In this document: positions 26,801 through 38,800 of the stretch, one piece after another
Layout: every line of letters starts with the position of its first letter
Numbering within the stretch: the first letter of the stretch is position 1
DNA from: Veleropilina oligotropha
Lineage: Eukaryota
Reading direction: 5' to 3'
DNA: 64,000 nt
Assembly (NCBI GenBank): GCA_048128005.1
Contig: JBEUKZ010000112.1
Span: forward strand, 1 to 64,000
Translations under genes and position numbers: made by a program
The notes under the pieces: generated by a model
What the model was told of the DNA's origin: nothing
Database searches by the model: none
Seen by the model: the letters and a program-made list of their open reading frames with translations, nothing else

Positions 26801-29800
26801 TCCGTTGATTTGCCAGGCAAAAAACCTGCTTGATAAGGATATATTAAATTATTATTGGTTAGAAAAGTTAGGACGTGTTTGTGGACAATTCTTTCGAATA
26901 CTTTTCCTAAATGGCTAAGCAATGAGATTGGCCGAAAGTTGTTTGGTTCGTTAGCGTCTGCAGTTTTTGGTACGGGAATAACATGAGACTGCTTCCAGAT
27001 ACGTGGGAAGCTACCGTTGGTTAAACAAAGATTATATATTTTACTAAGCGGAGGGGCAATAGAATTGCACATACGTTTTAGAATATCGGTGCTCACAAGA
27101 TCAGGCCCCATAGATTTATTATAACATAAGCCATTGATACTTATTTTTACGTCTTCTTCGGTAATGATTATATTTTCCAAGGTTTCATTTGTCTTCATGT
27201 TAATTTCAGGTAAGGGATCATTACAATCGTCCATAGTTGATATTTTAACAAAATAATCATTTAAGCCATTGGCCTTATCAGATGCTTCTGATAAATAAGC
27301 AGTTTGACCGTTAGTGGTTAGTTTTAGAACAGGAATTTGTTTGGATAATTTATTTCCAAAAGAGTTTTTGATCAAATTCCACCATATCTTCGTTCGATGT
27401 TTACCATTATTAATTTTGTTATATAAATTATTATTGTATTTGTACTTCGATTCCCTGACTGCTTTAATTACTTCATTTCGCATTTTACGAAATTTAACCC
27501 ATGTGTTAGTGTTGTTAGACTGCTTTGCAGCTCATTAATATTCATTAGTATCCAGATGTGGTGTCGATTCCATTGGATAGAAAACACATGACGAAACAAT
27601 GTGTTCAATGAGCCTGTATTCTTGATCAAGAACCTGATTGGTTTAATCGTGACATGAGTTCGCTGCGCATGCGCATCGAAAACTGCAGTAGGTGAATTCG
27701 AAGTTATAAATAGATGACACAGTTTACAAACAGTTGGCAATTTACAATGCCGGGAATGCGAAGGTTAGGTCGATTCTTAGCTTTTGAGGATGGCGTAAGA
27801 AAGAAAATGAAGCAATAACAGAAATTTAGAAGAAATAAAAAATTCCATGTAAAAAAAGTAGCCTGAAACCCCGCGTTCAGCGGGACCTTGGTTGAGCTCA
27901 ATGAAAGTGAACGTTGGCTAACGTTGCCAAACTATTCAAGTTGAACGAAGTATGTACAACAGCAACGTGTAATCACGTCGGTTGTAAAAGCCTACTAAGG
28001 CTTGTGTTGTTTTATTGTACCCAAATACCGACGTTAAATAAAGATTACTTGACTTGACTTTGACTTGATCACGAATAAATCAAAGACAACGAATTCAAAA
28101 TATTTATTTGCTTGCTATTTAATGAATATCAAGGATTCAAAATAAAGAGTATATATAATTTGGCTTTGACTGAGTTTGCACTCAACTGATTACCGGGGTA
28201 ATAATCAAATACTAGTAATAGACATGTGCTTGATTGTAACTCGCTGGTCATTAATCCCAGCTGTTGTTGTTGTGACACGCGAGTCAGTCTCGCCTAGGCT
28301 ATTTTTCATTCAACTGATTATTAATCAGCATACATTGTTAATGAATTAATTGTAATGTCAGTAAGTTAATGATCAAGAAATGTGTTCAGTGTTTTGATTA
28401 ATACTCTTATGACAACACATTGTCAATTATCTGAAATATATAACATCAATAGTAGATTCAGTACAAATAAAAACACAATATAGTTTTTCGTAACTTATTT
28501 TATTTCGCAAACTATATTATTAATGTTAGTATAAATGTTAGGAAAACAATGTAAAATAAAATTGATGCGAAAGAATAGCAACATTTTGGTATTTTCGACC
28601 GCTGTTTCTTCATCCTGCAATCCAAAATAACAAATCTGGGACGGGGTAATTAATTTTAAGATGGGTATGTGCCTATCAGTATGTGCAGTAACTGAAATGT
28701 CAACTGGCATTCATTATATCACAAAGCATTTAGGTAACGTTAGCTACCGTTCGCTTTCATTGAACTCGACCCAGAACTACAAACAAGCATGGCTGGATGA
28801 AGTTTGACAGGATTTCGGCGGACTTATAGCGGAATAAAATTGAATAAACAAGTGGTGAAAATAAGGTTTATTCATACAAATAAGGCAAGTAACAGTGGTT
28901 AAATAGTTTATTGCATCGTATTTTAATTTAAAACAATAATGAAATAGTTTATTACATTGTAAACATTACATACGACAAAGTGCGACAGTATCGACATCAT
29001 ACACGTCTACCAAACGGCAAGTCACAACCCATGCATCATACAAATTTCGGACCACCCACCCTTCTAACATAATATAAGTTTCAAGTAACCACCCACCCTT
29101 CATATATAGCAGCGAAAATTCACCACCCAACCATCCTGGATATCGAATTATTTGATCCAGTAAGCACCCTGAAATTTCGCAATTTCCCGATACCAACCAC
29201 CTTGGAATTAACAAGTGACCTGCCGCCCTTGGGGGGATACAAATTTAAATGGAATAGCCCTAAGTGCATGAAGGAAAAACAATATTACCTCTGTATAGAT
29301 TGATTTTATCACGTTTTTAAGAAATTAACATGCTTAAAAAATACATGACATAAAATCAATGAAAGTTTGTGGAAATTGGACTTGTATGCGAAGATTAAAA
29401 TATCTAGTATATATAACCGAGCGATTATATAAGCACCAATATGCATGATTTAACAATAATATATGTTAGATATCACTATTTCATTGTTACCTGACCCCAA
29501 ATAAATAATATTGAAGGTAATTTAATTTATATGCCCTGCGAACGAACGAAATATCTGGAGCATATGATATAGTATTGCACATGTCCATCCGACCGAATTT
29601 TCATTTCCTGTCATTAATTTGAGAACGCCTTCATTGATTAAATAAAGATTGGCATTTAAGTGCACGACCATAATGGCTAGGTGGAGTTTGATTTCGGTAA
29701 ATTCCAACATTACTTAAGGGAATTATGGCCCTTGTTTCACTTAGAAAAGTTTTTTTTTTCATTTCCGGGTGGTAACTTTAGAATGCCTTCATCGATTCAA

Positions 29801-32800
29801 ATAAATATGGTTTTCAAGTGTTTGATCATAATGTCTAGGTGGAGTTCAATTTTGGTAAATTTATTAAGGGAGTTACGGCCCTTGATTTATTTGGAACATT
29901 TTTTTCATTTATGGGTGAAAACTTGAGATTGCGTGCCTCCATGAATTATGTCTCCCCATCCCTGTGGGGAGACATACTGTTTTTGTATCGTCCGTCTGTC
30001 CGTCTGTCTGTCTGTCCGTCTGTCCGTCCGTCTGTCTGTCACACTTTGGTTTCCGGACGATAACTACCGTTTCCTTTGAGAGATTATGCTCATATTTGGT
30101 ACACAGGTTGCTTATGAGGAGAGGTCCCTTGGGATTGCTTTTCAGGGCGGCACGCCAAAGGTCATGTGATCTGCGACTAAATATAGAATTTTGACTCAGA
30201 TTTGGTTTCCAGACCATAACTACCGTTTCCTTTGAGTGATTATGCTCATATTTGGTAAACGGGTTGCTTATGAGGAGAGGTCCCTTGGGATTGCTTTTCA
30301 GGGCGGCACGCCAAAGGTCATGTGATCTGTGACTAAATATAGAATTTTGACTCAGATTTGGTTTCCAGACCATAACTACCGTTTCCTTTGAGCGATTATG
30401 CTCATATTTGGTACACAGGTTGCTTATGAGGAGAGGTCCCTTGGGATTGCTTTTCAGGGCGGTACGCCAAAGGTCATGTGATCTGCGACTAAAAATAGAA
30501 TTTTGACTCAGATTTGGTTTCCAGACGATAACTACTGTTTCCTTTGAGTGATTATGCTCATATTTGGTACTCGGGTTGCTTATGAAGTTAGAATTGTTAT
30601 TAAAGGACATTTATATTTCCCCGTGATATATTTCTGTTTGCCCCCTAATGCTTGGATTTATTTTTTTTCATCTGATGGACTTGTTATCCAGAGTTACATC
30701 CCTTATTCTGATTGGGTCATTTCAAGCCGAACTCGTTCGTTTCTTTTCGTCACTCACTTATATTTTTCTGATTGACAATTTTGAGACTAATAATTTTCTC
30801 AATATTTTTTAACTCTAAAAATCCTAATTGTGTCATAAACCTCACAATCTTGGATACATTTTAACCCTCTAATCCAATAAGCTCATAACACTCAAAAGTT
30901 GGTCCATCAGTCTGTCTGTCACACTGGTTTCCTGCCAATAACTGCCGTTCCCTTGCAGAGATCGTGTTCATATTTGGTACACAGGTTGATTACGAAGATT
31001 GAGAATTGTTTTTCAGGTCAGTACGCCAAAGGCCATGTGATCTGTGGCTAAAGTTAGAATTATGACCGATTTGGATTCTGGACGATAACTACTTATAATA
31101 TATTGGTTGGTTATGCCCATATTTGGCACACAGCTTCCTCATGTGGAAAGCATGCTTAGGAGTGCATTTGAGGTCAATCGCTCAAAGGTCACGTGACCTG
31201 TTGCTAAAAATAGAATTTTACAGAATTTTGATTGCGATTTGCTTTCCAGACAATAACTACTGTTCATATTTAGCTATCATGCTCATATTTAGGAGACTGG
31301 TTGCCTATGAAGAAAGGATGCTTAGTATTGCATTTGGTGTCAAAGGTCACATGATCTGTTGCTAAAATTAGAATTTCAAGTAGGGGAGACATTCCTGTTA
31401 TTGTGGGCAATAACAACATCTAGTTTAAATTATATTTAGTATTTAAGTGTATGATCGAAATACAGTATCTAAGTGAAGTTCGATTTTGGTAAAACTCCGA
31501 CATCACTTAAGGGAGTTATGTCCCTTGATTCATTTATTTGAAAAGCCATTCAGGGAATTATATTATATTTTATATTCAAGTGTGTGATAAGACTATATAT
31601 CTAGGTGGAGTTCAATTTTGGTAAAATTCCAATGTCACTTAAGAGAATTATGGGTGCATGTTCACATAGAATTTTTTCATTTCTGGCAATAGTTTCAGTG
31701 GGACATTCGTGTCCCTCTAACATATCTAGTTACTTTTGGACATAGATTTTTGTTAAAGATTTTGGTTAAAGTTTCTCAAGCATGCTATATTTGCAATAAA
31801 GTCAATACGCATATTTTGGCATCATTCTTCGTCAGATTTCACTATTTGATTGTTATCTAACCCTAGAGTAGTAACATTGAAAGCAATTTAATTGAAATTT
31901 CCGGGTGGTAACTTGAGAATGCCTTCATCGCTTCTAATAAATATGGGTTTCAAGTGTATGATCATAGTATCTAGATGGAGTTCGATTTTGGTAAAATTAT
32001 TAAGGCCGTTTAACCGGATTGGATTCGAATCCTATGATGGGCCCTGTCCAGTTAACAGTCACAGTTATCTAATTAATAGTCACAGTTGCCAATAGCTGGC
32101 CAGTGAGAACAGGATTTCCCCACCGAATGGGCTATCCTCCCACGATAATATGTCCTGATATGAACCTAAAGGTTGCATCGATCCAAATCAATCTATGGGT
32201 GGTGGTCAAATGAATGTCCTCGATAGCTCAATTGGTAATGGAAGTTAGCAACGATGGTAGCGATAAGGGTCATGCGAGTTCATAAATTAACAAGCATTAC
32301 AAAATGTCACTTGTTAAAATGACACAGAGCTGGATGCAGGCCAAAAACTCCACGGGACCACAAGATTTCAATATATTTTTTTATTAACGTAAACCTCAGG
32401 AGAAAATTTTGTGTCATATTAATTATCCAGAAGAAATAGCAGCGACTTCAAATATCCGGAAATCCGTGAATTCCCTGGAAACTGGCAACACTGAGACGTA
32501 GCCATAGCATAATACCCATCACCTTCGCCGGGTGTATAAATACACCTTGACTTCGGCATGTGTATATAAAAACGGGTCACTCATACCTTGAAGGGGAATG
32601 TTAAACAGAGGTTCTTACTATGCACATGGCAGAAAACTGTAGACGTAAAACTAAACTAAAATTAATTTGCTTCTATGGTATAGGAATACTAGTATATCGC
32701 TTCTGTGGGTGGTCCCAAAATACATCAAACTGATTCTATACCATGTCAGTGCTTGAATTAATTGCTTCTGTTCATGGTCCCCCTTTGAAAAAACTAGAGT

Positions 32801-35800
32801 CAGGGGGTGGGGTAGATATTTTACTGGAATAGCCCTAACATACAGAACTTTGTTTTAACACGTCTTTTTGCATAAACAGACCAACTATGTTAATTCGTCT
32901 GCATTTACAGACATTTGATGATCACAATTCTTTGTGTCAGAAGTCAATGCTCGATATTTATCTATATACTAGTAACTCAAGGCATAATTATATTGATATA
33001 AAAACACAATACCTTATTTGAGGTCTTTACTCCATTCCGTTCAGGCAATGCGGAATTTGATGATTTATTTCAAACACATACTAGAGAACATGAAATTGAT
33101 CCTTGGAATCCATTTTGAATTTGTCGAAGTTTCGAGCTGCGCAACGAATACGTTCAATGTGGTGCTCACGACTTCCCACTGGTGAATATCATAGTCACCA
33201 ATGGTAACCAATATAGCATAAATCCGGATGCTATTCCTGCAAGCAAGCCATGATAATCTGTGCCCCAGGCCAGTTGAGGAAAAATTAGGTAGCAGAACAT
33301 TCAACCATTTCCAACAGGTGGCCTTTGGTTATTTTACAGCTAACTGATTTCTAACTCATAAATTAAATGTTTATTCAACTGAGAAGTATAATCGTGATAG
33401 TGTTTGTGATGCTATAAAGTTGCGGTGACCTTATCAACATTACTGACCTATCATCCACATAACAGGTAGATGAATACTACAAAGCCATTCTGCATTTACT
33501 AAGGATTTACACATGTATCAATAGTTTTGAAAGACTGATTTATCAGCTACTTATTCAGTATTCATAATGACGATTGCATAATGCTGACTTTTCATTTTTT
33601 ATGGAGAAAAACTGATAGCATGCGCATATATAGTGTTTTTAAACATTGGCTGATTATGATAGTAGTATTTATTATTAATTATTTGAATAATAATTATTTC
33701 ATGGAATGTTGCTGTGTTTCAGAGCATGAAGCAGCAGCGGGTCAAGCTGATGAAGCAAATCAAGGAGGACGCCGACAACTTCAGGAAATGGCGGCAAAAG
33801 AAAGACAAGGAGGTGATGCAACTGCTGCAGAAGGTGAGCTCGCATGTTATCTTACCCACAGACACCTGTATACAGAAGGTGAGCTCGCATGTTATCTTAC
33901 CCACAGACACTTGTATACAGAAGGTGAGCTCGCATGTTATCCTACCCACAGACACTTGTATACAGAAGGTGAGCTCGCATGTTATCTTACCCACAGACAC
34001 TTGTATACAGAAGGTGAGCTCACATGTTATCTTACCCACAGACACTTGTATACAGAAGGTGAGCTCGCATGTTATCTTACCCACAGACACCTGTATACAG
34101 AAGGTGAGCTCGCATGTTATCTTACCCACAGACACTTGTATACAGAAGGTGAGCTCGCATGTTATCTTACCCACAGACACTTGTATACAGAAGGTGAGCT
34201 CGCATGTTATCCTACCCACAGACACTTGTATACAGAAGGTGAGCTCGCATGTTATCTTACCCACAGACACTTGTATACAGAAGGTGAGCTCGCATGTTAT
34301 CTTACCCACAGACACTTGTATACAGAAGGTGAGCTCGCATGTTATCCTACCCACAGACACTTGTATACAGAAGGTGAGCTCGCATGTTATCTTACCCACA
34401 GACACTTGTATACAGAAGGTGAGCTCGCATGTTATCTTACCCACAGACACTTGTATACAGAAGGTGAGCTCGCATGTTATCTTACCCACAGACACTTGTA
34501 TACAGAAGGTGAGCTCGCATGTTATCCTACCCACAGACACTTGTATACAGAAGGTGAGCTCGCATGTTATCTTACCCACAGACACTTGTATACAGAAGGT
34601 GAGCTCGCATGTTATCTTACCCACAGACACTTGTATACAGAAGGTGAGCTCGCATGTTCTCTTACCCACAGACACTTGTATACAGAAGGTGAGCTCGCAT
34701 GTTATCCTACCCACAGACACTTGTATACAGAAGGTGAGCTCGCATGTTATCCTACCCACAGACACTTGTATACAGAAGGTGAGCTCGCATGTTATCCTAC
34801 CCACAGACACTTGTATACAGAAGGTGAGCTCGCATGTTATCTTACCCACAGACACTTGTATACAGAAGGTGAGCTCGCATGTTATCTTACCCACAGACAC
34901 TTGTATACAGAAGGTGAGCTCGCATGTTATCTTACCCACAGACACTTGTATACAGAAGGTGAGCTTGCATGTTATCCTACCCACAGACACTTGTATACAG
35001 AAGGTGAGCTCGCATGTTATCTTACCCACAGACACTTGTATACAGAAGGTGAGCTCGCATGTTATCCTACCCACAGACACTTGTATACAGAAGGTGAGCT
35101 CGCATGTTATCTTACCCACAGACACTTGTATACAGAAGGTGAGCTCGCATGTTATCCTACCCACAGACACTTGTATACAGAAGGTGAGCTCGCATGTTAT
35201 CTTACCCACAGACACTTGTATACAGAAGGTGAGCTCGCATGTTATCTTACCCACAGACACTTGTATACAGAAGATGAGCTCGCATGTTATCTTACCCACA
35301 GACACTTGTATACAGAAGGTGAGCTCGCATGTTATCTTACCCACAGACACTTGTATACAGAAGGTGAGCTCGCATGTTATCTTACCCACAGACACTTGTA
35401 TACAGAAGGTGAGCTCGCATGTTATCTTACCCACAGACACTTGTATACAGAAGGTGAGCTCGCATGTTATCTTACCCACAGACACTTGTATACAGAAGGT
35501 GAGCTCGCATGTTATCTTACCCACAGACACTTGTATACAGAAGGTGAGCTCGCATGTTATCTTACCCACAGACACTTGTATACAGAAGGTGAGCTGTTAT
35601 CTTACCCACAGACACTTGTATACAGAAGGTGAGCTCGCATGTTATCTTACCCACAGACACTTGTATACAGAAGGTGAGCTCGCATGTTATCTTACCCACA
35701 GACACTTGTATACAGAAGGTGAGCTCGCATGTTATCTTACCCACAGACACTTGTATACAGAAGGTGAGCTCGCATGTTATCTTACCCACAGACACTTGTA

Positions 35801-38800
35801 TACAGAAGGTGAGCTCACATGTTATCTTACCCACAGACACTTGTATACAGAAGGTGAGCTCGCATGTTATCTTACCCACAGACACTTGTATACAGAAGGT
35901 GAGCTCGCATGTTATCTTACCCACAGACACTTGTATACAGAAGGTGAGCTCGCATGTTATCCTACCCACAGACACTTGTATACAGAAGGTGAGCTCGCAT
36001 GTTATCTTACCCACAGACACTTGTATACAGAAGGTGAGCTCGCATGTTATCTTACCCACAGACACTTGTATACAGAAGGTGAGCTCGCATGTTATCCTAC
36101 CCACAGACACTTGTATACAGAATGTGAGCTCGCATGTTATCTTACCCACAGACACTTGTATACAGAAGGTGAGCTCGCATGTTATCTTACCCACAGACAC
36201 TTGTATACAGAAGGTGAGCTCGCATGTTATCCTACCCACAGACACTTGTATACAGAAGGTGAGCTCGCATGTTATCTTACCCACAGACACTTGTATACAG
36301 AAGGTGAGCTCGCATGTTATCTTACCCACAGACACTTGTATTCAGAAGGTGAGCTCGCATGTTATCTTACCCACAGACACTTGTATACAGAAGGTGAGCT
36401 CGCATGTTATCTTACCCACAGACACTTGTATACAGAAGGTGAGCTCGCATGTTATCTTACCCACAGACACTTGTATACAGGAAGATAAATTTGCGTAATA
36501 AATTAAAAAGTCATTAAAACTTATATAATTAAGATGTTAACTTATTGTTTGTTTTCATTTATATTTATCACATCAATTATAACCGCATGGTCCATCAGTT
36601 AGGGCTTTGGCAGCGCAGTGGGTAGAGTGTCCACTCTAAATTCACTGGCTTGATTCCGCTAATACGAACAGTAGTGGGTTCAATACCTGGCTGAGGCATT
36701 GAAATTTGCTCAAGTTATGAATCACAGTTGTCCGTGACTGGCCGAAGAGGGCGGGTTTACCCGAGCGACCGGGGTTTCCTCCCGCGATAACATGGACATG
36801 TCCTGCCTTGAACCTCGATGTTGTAAATATACAGGATATTAAGCATCATTCCTCCTCCCATCAGTTAGCCTGCACAAGCAGTCCATTGATAGGTGCATGC
36901 TCTGGTGTTATTTCGCCACAATAAACGGGGAATTCCCCAGCCTAGGTCAAATGACATCACGGGTCAACAGACACCCGTGTGTATAAAAGAGAGAAGGCAT
37001 GCAACTTGAAAAATGAATTTCCACAGATTTTACACACCCCTCCGTAGTATGACAGTCCAAATGTCAAATTAATGCACTGTCTGTAGCCAATCCATACATC
37101 AATCGATTCAATAGATATTAAACATTCCGTCAATCCAATATTTTAAGAAACACAAACCTGAAGTACAGCAATATCGAGAAAAATGTACTTTTTAACACCA
37201 TAAAATCACCTCTAACAGAAGTACAAGCATGAACCAGTTACAGAGTAAGACTCGCAGCGAGAAATATATTCCTATAGCATAAGTAAGTCGTCTGTTACAT
37301 ATACAATGCTATGGATGCCAATCAACAACTGGCCACTGGAACATGTCTCGTACTTCCTTTCGAGGTGATTTTATGGCGATAAAAATACGTTTTTCTCGAT
37401 ATTACTGTACTGCAGGTTTGTATTTCTTAAAATATTGGATTGACGGAATGTTTAATATCTATTGAATCGATTGATGTATGGATTGGCTACAGACAGTGCA
37501 TTAATTTGACGTTTGGCCTGTCATACTACGGTGGGGTGTGTAAAACCATTGGAAATTCATTTTTCAAGTTGTATGCCTTCTCTCTTTATACACACTGGTG
37601 TCTGTTGACCCGTGACGTCATTTGACCTAGGCTGGGGATTTCCCCGTGGCGAAATAATGCCAGAGCACTTATCAACGGACTGTTTGTGAAGGTTAACTTA
37701 TTGACAAGGCGGTTATAAATGATGTGATCAATATAAATGAAAACAAACAATAAGTTAACATTTTATATTAGGTTTTAATGACTATTATTACGCATATATA
37801 TTCCCGTATACAAGTCAGTGGCGTAGCCAGCTGAAAATGATGTGCAAGCCAGGGGCGTCGGAGTGATTTTGCCATTGGGGGGGGGGGCGGATTTTATGTT
37901 GGGAGGTACGTCAGGGTCGAGCCACGTACGTGAGCGGCCGTAGGCTGCGAATATCTAGGGGGGTTTGGGGGCATGCTCCCCCAAGATTTTTTTAATTTAG
38001 ACGCTCTGAGAAGCGTTCTCCTGCATTCTAGGACAAAAATTGACATTTTTTTTGGCCTCAAAATTTCTAGTTTGGAGAGCAGAAAATTAAAAAAATATAT
38101 TTTCGTTTCTGGCAGAAATAATGGGGGAACGGCCGCCGCCCCAGCTCCGAAGCCTCTGCAAGCCCGTTTGAAGAATTGAGCACCGGAGGTGCGAACCCGG
38201 TAGGGGGGTCTGGGGGCATCCCCCCCCCCCCCAGAATTTTTCGAAACCTAGACATCAAATGGTGCACTCTGGCACCTTTTAAGGGAAATGTATACACTAA
38301 CAAACACATAAGAAAAGTTCAGTTTTTCATACAATTTTATATAGTATATACCCCCATGAAACAAACTAATTTACAGAGCGAGTATTAAATTAGCATCTAA
38401 ATAACGCCTATTTCGGGGAGGTTTTTGTCTTTCTTTATGCAAGAATAGAAATAATGCTGCAGAAGCACGAATAAAGTAGCATTAAAAAGTAGCAAAAATG
38501 CTTTACGCCCGAAAATCTTTTACAGCAAAAAAAAAAAAAAAACCCTGAAAATAATGTGCAAGCCCGGGCGTTGTGGCGTAAAGGCAGCTACGCCACTGCA
38601 AGTGACTGTGGTTTTACCATGGAAGGCAGAGCGATCACCTCCAGGTCACAGTGGTAAAAATGGGTCTCTATCTCTAATAATTGCATGACTGCATTGTTTC
38701 AACAGTTTTGGTTCAAATATTATTCGAAGACACTTCATAGTTATTATTCACGGTATTCTGTAAACGGCGGACCTGCTTAATGTATGCAAACGGATGTCAT

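Larger units (their letters stand above)
23788..29260. mobile_element. Non-autonomous PIF/Harbinger-like element (GGGCTATTCCA TIR, TAA flanks) with nested insertions
   Basis: TAA|GGGCTATTCCA at 23788 and TGGAATAGCCC|TAA ending 29260; subterminal GGTGG/CCACC repeats; internal inverted match AATTTTATTCCGCTATAAGTC (about 24814) / GACTTATAGCGGAATAAAATT (about 28821). Confidence 0.7.
36461..38611. mobile_element. Foldback (long-TIR) non-autonomous element with two nested insertions
   Basis: Arms of about 470-490 bp: 36461-37213 (minus the SINE) inverted against 37362-37815 plus 38604-38611. Termini CCACAG..CTGTGG; flanks TCTTAC/TTTTAC. Confidence 0.85.

Noticed and set aside
29909..30610. 233-aa minus-strand repetitive ORF
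   Set aside because: Artefact of 156-bp (52-codon) HINE cores and the GTCy microsatellite.
33828..36480. CRISPR-like array, or long stand-alone repeat proteins (683, 924, 618 aa ORFs)
   Set aside because: Units are head-to-tail with no unique spacers and the context is eukaryotic. ORFs in several frames follow from a stop-free 45-bp unit. Only the exon 15 frame has a plausible route to translation.
36608..36700. tRNA gene
   Set aside because: A/B-box-like motifs are present but there is no cloverleaf; it is the head of a SINE with a TSD and several dispersed copies.
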